This document shows positions 36,080 through 45,177 of a DNA stretch of 64,000 nt, piece by piece. Each line of letters starts with the position of its first letter. Position 1 is the stretch's first letter. This stretch comes from a virus: IMG/VR virus record IMGVR_UViG_3300032516_000005; one strand, 5' to 3'. The notes beneath the pieces were generated by a model. The model saw only the letters and a list, made by a program, of their open reading frames with translations, ran no database searches and was not told the origin of the DNA. A program made the position numbers and the translations under genes.

Positions 36080-36094
36080 GGCCCGATTCTACAC

Positions 36095-36110
36095 GATCGC
36101 TCACGCGATC
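36095..36110 (-). promoter_or_regulatory. palindromic promoter element
   Basis: palindrome-GTG-TAGAAT-6nt-ATG(36079). Confidence 0.75.
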
Positions 36111-36120
36111 GGCACTACCG

Positions 36121-36468
36121 TCACGGCCGTACGTTCCGTGCGAAGTGATCGGCGTGGCGGTAGGCAGCATTGACGACGTGGCGCCACTCGTCAGGCAGCG
36201 CCAGCAAGGTGACCACGATCGCCGCCTTCTTGAGAACGACCGTAGAAGCGATCGCTTCAAGCGCTTCGCGACCTTCAGGGCGGTCGAGGTCACTTGGCGA
36301 GAGGCCTTGCTTCGCAAGTTGGAACGCGAGCTGAAACATCCCCGACTGCAAGCTGGCGCTAGGCACCGCGCGCCCCGCCTTGTCGAGCTGCAACGAGGCG
36401 GATTGCAGGTAACCTGTCGTCGCGCGGAACAGTTGCATCGCGATACGATCTGTCAGGTTTGGCGGCAT
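36121..36468 (-). CDS. hypothetical protein
   Basis: operon fit. Confidence 0.55.
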   Translation of the reverse strand: MPPNLTDRIAMQLFRATTGYLQSASLQLDKAGRAVPSASLQSGMFQLAFQLAKQGLSPSDLDRPEGREALEAIASTVVLKKAAIVVTLLALPDEWRHVVNAAYRHADHFARNVRP

Positions 36469-36635
36469 CGCGCAGCCTTCGAGGTCTTCAAGACGGCGCA
36501 GGGCAACGCGGCCGCGTTCGGTTCACGATGTTCACGTTCGTAGCACGCGCGTCGCTCGTCGAGGTCGCACGTGCACGGTTCACACTCGACGTACTCATAC
36601 GGGCACCACGACTCGTGGGTATCGGGCTTCGTCAC
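36453..36635 (-). CDS. small Cys-rich protein (paralog of 114..281)
   Basis: GTGA overlap at 36635; shared motif. Confidence 0.55.
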   Translation of the reverse strand: MTKPDTHESWCPYEYVECEPCTCDLDERRACYEREHREPNAAALPCAVLKTSKAARCRQT

Positions 36636-36887
36636 AGCGACGCGACCCACTGTTCGTATTCGAGATCGTTGGCGAGCACGTGCTCGTGCACCATACGCGC
36701 GGCCGCAACGGCGTCCTGAACGCTGAGCGGGCTTGTGCCCCATCGCCAGGATGGCCAGAATCGCATCAGCCAGCGTGTCGTCGCCTGCACGCAGGCGTGC
36801 GAGGAAACTAGTAGCCGGCAGCCGTGACACGCGCGCGGCAAGCTCCAGCCACGTGATGGCCTCGTCGATGTCGCGTCCACGGTTCAT
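36632..36887 (-). pseudogene. hypothetical gene with apparent 1-nt frameshift
   Basis: removing one base from CCCC 36738-36741 joins MNRG..AILAMG to TSPLSVQD..WVASL*. Confidence 0.45.
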
Positions 36888-37123
36888 TCTTCGTCGATCC
36901 TGTTGGCGATCAGCTTCCCGAGGCGCGCGAACAATCGCCGCGACGGGTCATCGATAGGCAGCGCCACGTAGGCCTTGCAGCTGTTGCAGTGAAACTGATC
37001 CCAGCTCGCGTCAGCTGCGACGTCGAGACACTTCGCATAGATGCGACAGTCGTAACGCTTGTACTCGTCGACGGCATCGATCGTCAGCATCAGGTCGAGT
37101 TCCTGTGGGTTCGGTTGCGCCAC
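36884..37123 (-). CDS. small Cys-rich protein
   Basis: R.DC..Y..CLD.A....W..F.C..C. Confidence 0.6.
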   Translation of the reverse strand: MAQPNPQELDLMLTIDAVDEYKRYDCRIYAKCLDVAADASWDQFHCNSCKAYVALPIDDPSRRLFARLGKLIANRIDEE

Positions 37124-37129
37124 GCGCGC

Positions 37130-37354
37130 TCACCAGCCTTGCTCGGGCAATCGCCGTCCCAGCTGGAGCTTCTTGTCGACAACACGTGCTTCGAAGAACG
37201 CGCGACGTAGCGGGCCGGTATCGGCCATGACGTCTTCGAGTTCGGGGCACGTCGAGAGCCCGAGGATCTCGAAGAACGCGCGCTCTTCGTCCATGATCAA
37301 GACCTGGGGCTCGACCTCGGTCGTGGACAAGCTGATCTGAACCTTGACGATCAT
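37130..37354 (-). CDS. hypothetical phage protein
   Basis: MIVKVQISL..LI.DE.R..AFFEA..Q.W. Confidence 0.6.
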   Translation of the reverse strand: MIVKVQISLSTTEVEPQVLIMDEERAFFEILGLSTCPELEDVMADTGPLRRAFFEARVVDKKLQLGRRLPEQGW

Positions 37355-38217
37355 GGTTGCAGCGCCTTGTGCAGCTTCCACAGGACCGGCGCCATGTTCC
37401 CGAACGCCGCCGTCATTGCCGCGTCGCCGCGACCGTCACTGGCATCGCCGAACGGATTTTTGTAGCGCATAAACCCGAGGTCGCGCCACCCGCCTTCGCT
37501 GTCGAGCTGCAGCACCGTGGCCTCGTTGCGTAACCACGCCTCGCGGTGTTCGAGGATCAGCTTGGCCGCAAGGACTTCCTCCTCGGGCGGAACACTGACG
37601 TCATGGAAGTGCAGCACGAACCGATCATCGGCGTCGTAGCAGATCTTCCCGAGCCGCGCGGCGGTCGGTGAGTGACGGTGCGCGAGCAGGTACTGATGCC
37701 CCGACATGCCGCCGGTCACCATGATGGCGCGATGCTTGGCCCAGGTTTCGTGCTCCTCAGGCGACAGGAACGCTTGCAGGACTTCACTCGCAGGCGCGAT
37801 CGCGCCGACCTCGCAGCGCGGACAGCACGGCGTCGGACGTGCGACTGAGACCGCCGCAGTCGCGTCCTCTTTCTTGGCCTTCGCGACGAGCGTCGCAAGC
37901 CCGCCGGTCTCGGCGACCTCGAACTTGCCGTCCTTGAAGGCGACGGCCGTCAACGTCCGGTCCTTGGGCTTGACGATCTTGACGAGCGCGGGACCGGCCT
38001 CTTCGATCGAAGCGGCCAGGCGAATCGTCCGCGTCGTGATGCCCTCGTCCTCGGCGATCTTCTCGGTCGTCCACTTCTTGCGCCGCGCGATCTTGAGGAA
38101 CGTGTCGAGCATCTTCAGCTCGACGGGCGTTGGTTGCATGATCAGGAGCGACGACTCGCCTTCAGCGCCCTCGACGAGCCGAAAGTCACCGTTCCACGAT
38201 GGGATGTACCACTTCAC
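37351..38217 (-). CDS. hypothetical protein
   Basis: GGAG RBS before GTG 38217. Confidence 0.65.
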   Translation of the reverse strand: MKWYIPSWNGDFRLVEGAEGESSLLIMQPTPVELKMLDTFLKIARRKKWTTEKIAEDEGITTRTIRLAASIEEAGPALVKIVKPKDRTLTAVAFKDGKFEVAETGGLATLVAKAKKEDATAAVSVARPTPCCPRCEVGAIAPASEVLQAFLSPEEHETWAKHRAIMVTGGMSGHQYLLAHRHSPTAARLGKICYDADDRFVLHFHDVSVPPEEEVLAAKLILEHREAWLRNEATVLQLDSEGGWRDLGFMRYKNPFGDASDGRGDAAMTAAFGNMAPVLWKLHKALQP

Positions 38218-38296
38218 GGGTGCGCTCCGTTGGTCGTCTTGGGTGCACCGAGGCAGTTGCGATCGACTCCGAGAATGAGGGCACTCATGATCGCAT

Positions 38297-38944
38297 TCAC
38301 GATCTTCGCCGTAGACGCGCGCCAGGCAGTTCTTGACGTGGCGCGCCGAACAGGGTCGCGCCGAAGTGCGCGCCCATGGACGACACGCTCGGGCCGCCGA
38401 GGTCTTCGCACTGGCCTTTCTCTTCGCACCGCGGCTCGTCGATGCGTGCAACGTTCTTGACGATCTTCGGCTTCGCATCGTCGAGGAACTTCTGCGTGAG
38501 CCGCTCCAGTTCTTCTTCTGTCGGCTTGTCGCGCGTCAGCTCGTAACCGAACAGCTTGATCTCCAACTCGCGTACGACATCGTCCATGCCGGCCTGACGC
38601 GCTTCTGCGAGCGCGTGCACGAGCTGCTTCGGGTCGTCAGGCTTCTTGAGGAGCATGGGCAACGTTGCCAAAATCTCGCGCATCATGCGCGCACCGAACG
38701 TCTCGCTAGCCTGCTCGGCTGGGACGGGATCGTCCGGTGACGTCAGCGACTCGACTGGCCCGTTGAGGTCCGCGATCGTCTTGATCGTCGCGTCGACACC
38801 TTTGGCCGACGCCATGAGCAGGTCCTTCGCTGCGATCGCGAAGTCGTAAACCTGCCGCGCGACGCGTTCATCGAACGGCTTGCCGCCTGCATCGAGGATT
38901 TCACGCAGCTCGGTACGTAGTGCTTCTGTCAGACGTTCGGACAT
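38297..38944 (-). CDS. hypothetical protein
   Basis: AAGG RBS before ATG 38944. Confidence 0.6.
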   Translation of the reverse strand: MSERLTEALRTELREILDAGGKPFDERVARQVYDFAIAAKDLLMASAKGVDATIKTIADLNGPVESLTSPDDPVPAEQASETFGARMMREILATLPMLLKKPDDPKQLVHALAEARQAGMDDVVRELEIKLFGYELTRDKPTEEELERLTQKFLDDAKPKIVKNVARIDEPRCEEKGQCEDLGGPSVSSMGAHFGATLFGAPRQELPGARLRRRS

Positions 38945-39021
38945 GGTGTTGCCTTCCTTGGCACGCATTTCAAGCTCGCGGCGCCAGCGCGCCTTGTCGA
39001 GCAACTGGTTGACGTACGGAG

Positions 39022-39495
39022 TCATCGTGCAAGTCCATCGAGTGCGCTGATGAACGTCCGTGCGCTCTGGTAGACCTCTTGCCATGCGGCATCGAGCGCC
39101 CTGCCGTCGGGCGTGTACACGATGCCCCCTGTCAGCTTGAGCTGCTTCTCGCGCGCTTTCTTGGCCGTGCCGGCGATGACAGCGACGGCTTCGAGTGCGG
39201 CAAGGCCGTTCTCGGTGGCGACGTCTTCGAGAACGTAGCCCTGTTCGAGCATGTAGCCGAACATCCAGTGCAGCACCCAGCGTGCGCGCTCGCGGACGTC
39301 GACGACTTCAGGCGAGCTGTGCGAAAGCGCCAGGAGTCCGAGATGGATCCCAAGCACGTGATGCGCTGGCAGTCGGCTCTCGTCGAACGTCTTGCCGACA
39401 AGGCGCATCTGCGCCATCTGCACCAGCCTCACTTGCTTGCGTGCACGCTTCTCCAACGCGAGGCGCCACGGCGTCTTGGCGAGTCGACCCTTCAT
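39022..39495 (-). CDS. hypothetical protein
   Basis: ATGA overlap. Confidence 0.6.
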   Translation of the reverse strand: MKGRLAKTPWRLALEKRARKQVRLVQMAQMRLVGKTFDESRLPAHHVLGIHLGLLALSHSSPEVVDVRERARWVLHWMFGYMLEQGYVLEDVATENGLAALEAVAVIAGTAKKAREKQLKLTGGIVYTPDGRALDAAWQEVYQSARTFISALDGLAR

Positions 39496-40175
39496 GCAAA
39501 TTCCTGGCTGATCAGCTCCAACGCGAACTTGTACTGGCCCACGAGCCAAGCAGCTTCGAACGCGGCTTTGATGTTCTTGCCGCGGTGACTGCGATCGGTC
39601 AGGTCACGCCAGCGCCACTCGACGTCGAGATCCGAGATCGCGCTACGGTCAACGCCAAGCTCTGTGGCGCTAGCGACATGACTTTCCCATTCGCGCGGCC
39701 ACGCGGGATCGACGGTTCGAGCGCTGCCGTAGCTATGGCTACGTGCGGACAAGCTCATCCCAAAATTCCCGTCGCTCTCCGTCCACGGCTTGGTGAACTT
39801 CTCCCAGCTGTCGAGATCCTCCATGACGGCCATGATGATCTTGAGTCCGCGTTCGCTGAGTGAACGCAGGGTCGAGTGCAGCTCGCGTTTCCGCTTGTCC
39901 CATCCCCACAGATCCTCGGGCAACTTCTCGCGGGCAGTCTTGACGCGTTGATAGAAGTCCGACGAGCCCTTGCGTTTGTAGCCGTTGAGTACGGTCCGGG
40001 GCGCCTTCGCAAACTCACGGCCCAGGTCGCGCGCGCGCGCGGTCGGGTTCACGGCGTCGGCGTCGGCCGACGCTTTGGCGAGCACCGGGCCTGCAAGTGC
40101 AAGGTCAAGCACGTCGGTGAGAAGGCCAACGACGTTCCGTGGATCACGGAAGGGTATGAGCGCTGGCTTCGTCAC
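39492..40175 (-). CDS. hypothetical protein
   Basis: operon fit. Confidence 0.6.
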   Translation of the reverse strand: MTKPALIPFRDPRNVVGLLTDVLDLALAGPVLAKASADADAVNPTARARDLGREFAKAPRTVLNGYKRKGSSDFYQRVKTAREKLPEDLWGWDKRKRELHSTLRSLSERGLKIIMAVMEDLDSWEKFTKPWTESDGNFGMSLSARSHSYGSARTVDPAWPREWESHVASATELGVDRSAISDLDVEWRWRDLTDRSHRGKNIKAAFEAAWLVGQYKFALELISQEFA

Positions 40176-40178
40176 GAC

Positions 40179-40556
40179 TCAAGCCTTCGCAGCCTCTTCA
40201 AACGCGCGCAACTTTTCTTCCAATTGCTTAGTACGCGCCTGCCAGTCGTACATTTCGGCGCGGGCTTCCGCGGTCTCGCGACGAAGCTGCTGGATCTGTG
40301 CTTCGGGGCCGACGGCGTGATCAGGATCGATGCGCGTCGCAGCCTTGATTAAGTTGTCGAACGGCATGGCGCCGTAGGTCATGCCGTTGAGCGTGAAACG
40401 TAGTTCGACGGCGCCGGGTCCGTTGCAGATGAGACGGATCTCGTACGCGATCTTCCCGAGCACGCTCGGGTCGTACGCACCCTCGACGATCACGGCGTGA
40501 GTCGGCTGGTGCGGTGCACGCGTGTGGTGGTTGATCGGTTCGTTGTCGTTGCTCAT
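40179..40556 (-). CDS. hypothetical protein with coiled coil
   Basis: ATGA overlap. Confidence 0.6.
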   Translation of the reverse strand: MSNDNEPINHHTRAPHQPTHAVIVEGAYDPSVLGKIAYEIRLICNGPGAVELRFTLNGMTYGAMPFDNLIKAATRIDPDHAVGPEAQIQQLRRETAEARAEMYDWQARTKQLEEKLRAFEEAAKA

Positions 40557-40819
40557 GGTACCCACGTGGAATCGACGGGTGCGTGATCCTCGCCGGTTAC
40601 ATGGACGAGGCAGACCTTGTGCTTGTCCACGACGTCCAATTCCTGCACGGCGTCCACGTGCGGATCTCCGAGGCCGCGCCACTTTGCTTTGGCAGCTTTA
40701 CGTGCAGCGGGTACGTCGCCGGCAACGACGATGACCACTTCATGGTCCTCACCCATCCGACCTTCGGCGACCTTGCCTCCGAGGTACACGACAAACAGTT
40801 TCACTTGATCGTCGCTCAT
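40553..40819 (-). CDS. DUF1543-like protein
   Basis: KLFVVYLGG..E.HE...VVA..KAKW..HVDA..VD. Confidence 0.65.
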   Translation of the reverse strand: MSDDQVKLFVVYLGGKVAEGRMGEDHEVVIVVAGDVPAARKAAKAKWRGLGDPHVDAVQELDVVDKHKVCLVHVTGEDHAPVDSTWVP

Positions 40820-41697
40820 GTAGCCCTCTTCGTCTTGTGCTCACGCAGGACCGCGCGGACGCGCTTCTGCCGCGCTACTGTTGATGCGTCCGTACCCACG
40901 ACCGTGACCAACGCGTCGAAGAGTGTCGTGTCGTGCTCGATGCGCTGGCAGGTCCGTAGGCCAAGTAACGCGTGGTCGCTGTGGGTCGCGTCGACGATTG
41001 CTGCGACGACACGGTCTTTGGGTGTCGCCTGTAGTTCAACGAGCCTACGGATGTTGCCGTGCTGGATTTCTTCAGACTCGCCGGTCAAGAGCAGCGCCTC
41101 GATCGCGTCGCAGAGTGCTTCGTCCTTCATCGCGCGCTGACAGAGACGCGCGCCCAGCTGCGCATCGTGCTTCATGACGTCTTCGATCGCGCTCCTTACG
41201 TCATAGCGGCCATCGCTGTAGTGCCGCGTGTATTCGAGCAGGCGCTCGCGCGCGTAGAAGTTGCCGATCTCCTTCGAGGCGTGCTTGTGCAGGTACGTAA
41301 GGCCCTCGTCGTCTTGCACGAAGCGTAGCCAGAACAGGTTGTGGACTGCGCTCGCCGCAGAGTCACCGACGAGGTGACCTTGCGCCAGGGCACCGACAAC
41401 CGTGAACTCCAGTGAGTGCTTTAGCTCGACGGTGTACTGCGAGTTCGGCACCTCGATGTTGTCGAGGACGTAGGTCGGGTGACCCTTGGGTTTCTGACCG
41501 ATCTTGTCGACGATCCAGTGGTACCGCGGCCGCTGTTCTTCGATCCAAGCGCGAATGAACGAACGTGACGGCACCGCATACGGTTCCAAGATCAACCGTC
41601 GCGAGCGCCTGGAGTTCTGTTCCTCGCGCGTGCTGAGGTCCAACCGCCAGAGGGCGCCGCCACGGTGTCCGACACGATTTTCACGCTCGAACGTCAT
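40816..41697 (-). CDS. hypothetical protein
   Basis: ATGA overlaps at both ends. Confidence 0.6.
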   Translation of the reverse strand: MTFERENRVGHRGGALWRLDLSTREEQNSRRSRRLILEPYAVPSRSFIRAWIEEQRPRYHWIVDKIGQKPKGHPTYVLDNIEVPNSQYTVELKHSLEFTVVGALAQGHLVGDSAASAVHNLFWLRFVQDDEGLTYLHKHASKEIGNFYARERLLEYTRHYSDGRYDVRSAIEDVMKHDAQLGARLCQRAMKDEALCDAIEALLLTGESEEIQHGNIRRLVELQATPKDRVVAAIVDATHSDHALLGLRTCQRIEHDTTLFDALVTVVGTDASTVARQKRVRAVLREHKTKRAT

Positions 41698-42005
41698 GAC
41701 AGCGCAAGTGCTCCACGTTCCATGACCATTGGTGCCGCCAGCTCGATGACCGTCTTCCACTCGGCGCACAACGGTGTTGCAGGCCCGACCCAACGCGTTC
41801 CAAGGATCGCGCGCGCGATCACTACAAACGCGTCGCGTCCGTTGTCGGTCAAGACGTCTTCGGGTTGGAGTCCCATCTGCTGTGCTTGGTTGGCGAGATG
41901 TCGAAGGCCGCCGTACAGCCGGCGTTGTAGCCAGGCATCGGTCAGCTCTGCCTTGACGATCTTCTTGAGCATCGAGGCGACCTTCTTGCGTTTGTACAGG
42001 GTCAC
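41694..42005 (-). CDS. hypothetical protein
   Basis: operon fit. Confidence 0.5.
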   Translation of the reverse strand: MTLYKRKKVASMLKKIVKAELTDAWLQRRLYGGLRHLANQAQQMGLQPEDVLTDNGRDAFVVIARAILGTRWVGPATPLCAEWKTVIELAAPMVMERGALALS

Positions 42006-42250
42006 TAGAGACGTTCCCCGAGCGCGGTGAACGTCAGCGCCTCGTCTGCACTGGGCAGACACTCGCGCAGCACGCCCGTGCGCCAGAATCGGGAGCCGGC
42101 GACCCTGTTCGCGTCGGTGTGACTCAAGAGCCAGAACCGGAACAGATCGGGGCCGTGCTCGGTCTTGTCGACAAGCGCCTCAGCGACGCCGAACGGCGGC
42201 ATGGGCGTGTCCGTGATGATCTCGGGGCCTGTATGACGCGAGAACGGCAT
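42005..42250 (-). CDS. hypothetical protein
   Basis: GGAGG RBS. Confidence 0.55.
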   Translation of the reverse strand: MPFSRHTGPEIITDTPMPPFGVAEALVDKTEHGPDLFRFWLLSHTDANRVAGSRFWRTGVLRECLPSADEALTFTALGERL

Positions 42251-42286
42251 GTGTCCCTCCCTCGATAGCGTTACACGCGTTGCAAG

Positions 42287-42511
42287 TCAAGAGTGATGTA
42301 GCAAGGTCAGATCTCGAAGCGTAGTGCGTCCAAGCGCCGTGATCACGAGGTCGTCACCTTCCCACGCGACGAGTTCGCGGCGCACCAGCGATCGCCACGT
42401 GCCGTCGGCGCCGCCGTACTCGGACATGCCCCTGCAGTGCGCAGTGGGTGACAGACCGTCGCGAATGTTTTCGAGCATCCGGATCTGCGTGTGTGACAGT
42501 TTCCGCGTCAC
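42287..42511 (-). CDS. small winged-helix-like protein
   Basis: T.RSLVRR.LV...ITALGR. Confidence 0.5.
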   Translation of the reverse strand: MTRKLSHTQIRMLENIRDGLSPTAHCRGMSEYGGADGTWRSLVRRELVAWEGDDLVITALGRTTLRDLTLLHHS

Positions 42512-42513
42512 AG

Positions 42514-42855
42514 TCAGCGTCCCCAGCTGTTGAAGATGTGATTCTTGGGATCCGGCGACAACCGTTCCAACGTGGCCAGGATTGCATCGGCAACGCTTTC
42601 CCACTTCGTGCCGATCGTTTCGGCGTAGGGCTCGGACACGGACCGCAGCGCGTTGCGGAGCTTCTCTTCGGTGATGTCGCCCGTCAGCGATAACAGCGAC
42701 AGCTCGATAGCGTCGACCATCGACGCAGCCGACTCGGCCGGCTCTTCGTCGCCGTCGACGAACGACAGCACGAGCTGTGGCAGCTCGCTCTGTTTGGCGC
42801 GGTTGATCACCTCGACAAGCCAGGCGTTGTCGGGCTTGTCGTTTATGTCGCTCAC
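42514..42855 (-). CDS. acidic hypothetical protein
   Basis: operon fit. Confidence 0.55.
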   Translation of the reverse strand: MSDINDKPDNAWLVEVINRAKQSELPQLVLSFVDGDEEPAESAASMVDAIELSLLSLTGDITEEKLRNALRSVSEPYAETIGTKWESVADAILATLERLSPDPKNHIFNSWGR

Positions 42856-42858
42856 GGG

Positions 42859-43680
42859 TTACGCCGCCGCGTCGTCGGTGACCGTCGACGTGAGTGGCGA
42901 GTCCATGAAGTGCGCGATCGCCGCTTCGATCGACTCGATGTCGACCGTAGCGCCGGCTTGCTTGGCGGCAGCCGTGGCCGCTTCCTCGATCGCGACCGCG
43001 TCCTCACCGTTGTTCTTCTTGGCAGCACGCGTGGCATCCTTGACCGCCTCACGGATCTCGGTTGCCGCCTCGGGCACGCGCTCCAACGCGAACCGAATTG
43101 CGTCGCTCTGGAAGCCGATCGCAAGCCGTTCGAGGTTCTTCGACCGGATGCGGAGCTTGTGTAGGGACGCGAGGTCGCCACCACGTAGCGCATCACGCAA
43201 CTCGATCAGGATGCCGCGGATCGTGTGCGCAATCTCCTGAACGGCTTCGGGGTGCGCGGGATCGAGCTTGAGCGGTGCCACGCTGATCTTTGCGCGACGC
43301 TCCGACTTGGCCTTTTTGGCCGCGTTCGTGTTCAGATCGTCTGCTTCGCGGACGATCGCAGCAATCTCGACCTTGACCTTACGGAGCGCTGCATTGTCAG
43401 CGAACCAGCCCATCGCCGTACGTGCGCAGTGCTTGCGCAGTACGTAGTCGACTTTCTTGACGATTGCGTCGACCGCCGCGCAGTACTCGACGTGATCGAC
43501 CGTCTTGCGCGTCTTGTGGTCGGCCTGAACGCCGTTACCCTTGTTGATCGACTTCTCCTTCACCAGCTCGCGGTCGTACCGGATGCCGCCGCTCGCACTG
43601 GAGCAATCGACGATCAACCAGCCCGGTCGAAAGTGAAAGACGCCGTCGCTCTTGTTCTTGTTGCTCTTGCTCTTGCTCAT
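42859..43680 (-). CDS. helical protein downstream of the AAA/VWA pair
   Basis: GGAG RBS, strong codon bias. Confidence 0.7.
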   Translation of the reverse strand: MSKSKSNKNKSDGVFHFRPGWLIVDCSSASGGIRYDRELVKEKSINKGNGVQADHKTRKTVDHVEYCAAVDAIVKKVDYVLRKHCARTAMGWFADNAALRKVKVEIAAIVREADDLNTNAAKKAKSERRAKISVAPLKLDPAHPEAVQEIAHTIRGILIELRDALRGGDLASLHKLRIRSKNLERLAIGFQSDAIRFALERVPEAATEIREAVKDATRAAKKNNGEDAVAIEEAATAAAKQAGATVDIESIEAAIAHFMDSPLTSTVTDDAAA

Positions 43681-43725
43681 GACGTTAGCTCCCTAGGTAG
43701 TCACCGACGCAGCTCTGCACCAGGG

Positions 43726-45015
43726 TTACAACTCGACTTCGATCACGCGTGCGTCGGCAGGTACATGGTCCTTGCACGACGAACCGACGAGCGCGACGAC
43801 CAAGCGTCGCACTGACGCCGGCCTGTCAGGCCAATCATAGACCTCTCCGTCGGTCAGGTGCACCATCGCGTTGAACTTGCCGGGCTCTTTCTCGACCCGC
43901 GCATAGGCCTCGTCGAAGCTCGTACCGCCTCGGCCTTTCATGCGCTTCTTGATGTTGGCGTGGACAATCGACTTGGCCCCAGGCCGGATCCAGCAGGCTT
44001 CCTGCACGGCGTGATCGTGGACCACGAGAAACACTGGAACCCGGCAGTTGTTGACGATCGACGTCGTCTCGGCGACGCAGCGGCTTAGATCCTCGTCAGA
44101 CATCGAGCCCGATGAGTCGATAACAACCGAAGCTTTGCAACGGTACGTGATGCCGCCAGGTAGGATGATCTCGGTGGTGCTCCGACGCGACCGACGTGAC
44201 CAGGCGACGTCATCTCGGCCCGCTTCGGCGATTGCCCGGTACAGCGCGCCACGGAGGACCTCCGACCAGCGGACCTTGGGCGGTGGAACGTCGAGTAGTT
44301 CAGCAAGGAGGTTGCCCTCAGCTGTGCCGGCTTGGCGGCCGGTCATTTGCGCCTGGGCGGCACACTCGCGCCACTCCCGCTTGAGCTGGTCATCGGTCTT
44401 GCCTGCGCCCTCGCTCTCGCCGTCGCCCTCGCCGTCGCCCGGCTCGATCCCACAACCAGCTGCCACTGGCACCATGCCGGCCGCGTATGCATCCTTGAGC
44501 CACTGGGGCGGCTCGGGCTGCTCGCTGTAGAGTTGCTCGGCCGTCATCTCGGCCTGGTCTTCGTTGGCCATGATGCCGATCGGCTTGCCCTTGTCGTCCA
44601 TCGGCATCGAGAACGATCCCGCGCCGGCTTGGTCCGCGACGTTTTGAAGCGTCCGGTTGATGATCAAGTCGGTCGAGATGTTCCAGCGTAGCGGGTCACG
44701 ATGACCGCGCCGGTCGTGGTGCAGCATGAGTGGGTGCATCAGCTCGTGCGCGATCACGAACTGCAGCTCGGCGTCCTTCAGCTTGGCTGCGAACGCAGGA
44801 TTCACGCGAATGATGCCCAGCAGGTCAACGCACGCCGTGCCGGTTCGGTTGTCGGCGCGGAACTCGACGCGCGCAATCGACGGCAGGAAGAACGGAAACT
44901 TCCAGCCAAGGGCCATCGACTGCGCCTTGCAGCGCTTGACGAGCGCGGCAGCGACCTCGGGATCGATCGTCGCACGCTTGCCGTTCGAGGTCGGGATGGG
45001 GTTCGATGCCGTCAT
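43726..45015 (-). CDS. DUF2201-like metallopeptidase plus VWA domain protein
   Basis: AHELMH, WN..D..IN; IDSSGSM MIDAS, GRGGT.F, LTDG. Confidence 0.85.
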   Translation of the reverse strand: MTASNPIPTSNGKRATIDPEVAAALVKRCKAQSMALGWKFPFFLPSIARVEFRADNRTGTACVDLLGIIRVNPAFAAKLKDAELQFVIAHELMHPLMLHHDRRGHRDPLRWNISTDLIINRTLQNVADQAGAGSFSMPMDDKGKPIGIMANEDQAEMTAEQLYSEQPEPPQWLKDAYAAGMVPVAAGCGIEPGDGEGDGESEGAGKTDDQLKREWRECAAQAQMTGRQAGTAEGNLLAELLDVPPPKVRWSEVLRGALYRAIAEAGRDDVAWSRRSRRSTTEIILPGGITYRCKASVVIDSSGSMSDEDLSRCVAETTSIVNNCRVPVFLVVHDHAVQEACWIRPGAKSIVHANIKKRMKGRGGTSFDEAYARVEKEPGKFNAMVHLTDGEVYDWPDRPASVRRLVVALVGSSCKDHVPADARVIEVEL

Positions 45016-45176
45016 GACGTGCTCCTGGACAAACGAGTCAGCTTGACGTGCTCGGCGGCTTCGTCGAGTGCCTTGCCGCTGCACTCCATCACGTGAGACA
45101 GAAACGCGCCCCACATGCCGTAGGCGTTCGCGATGCGCGTACGAAACTCCTCGTCGGTTTCCATCACCGGCTCCAT
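45012..45176 (-). CDS. small hypothetical protein
   Basis: ETDEEFR.RI; fills the operon gap. Confidence 0.5.
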   Translation of the reverse strand: MEPVMETDEEFRTRIANAYGMWGAFLSHVMECSGKALDEAAEHVKLTRLSRSTS

Positions 45177-45177
45177 G

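Noticed and set aside
41805-41820. Perfect regulon palindrome inside a CDS (also a near copy at 55917)
   Set aside because: Encodes IARAI / IAYAI with no adjacent -10 and start; may be chance in CG/GATC-rich DNA
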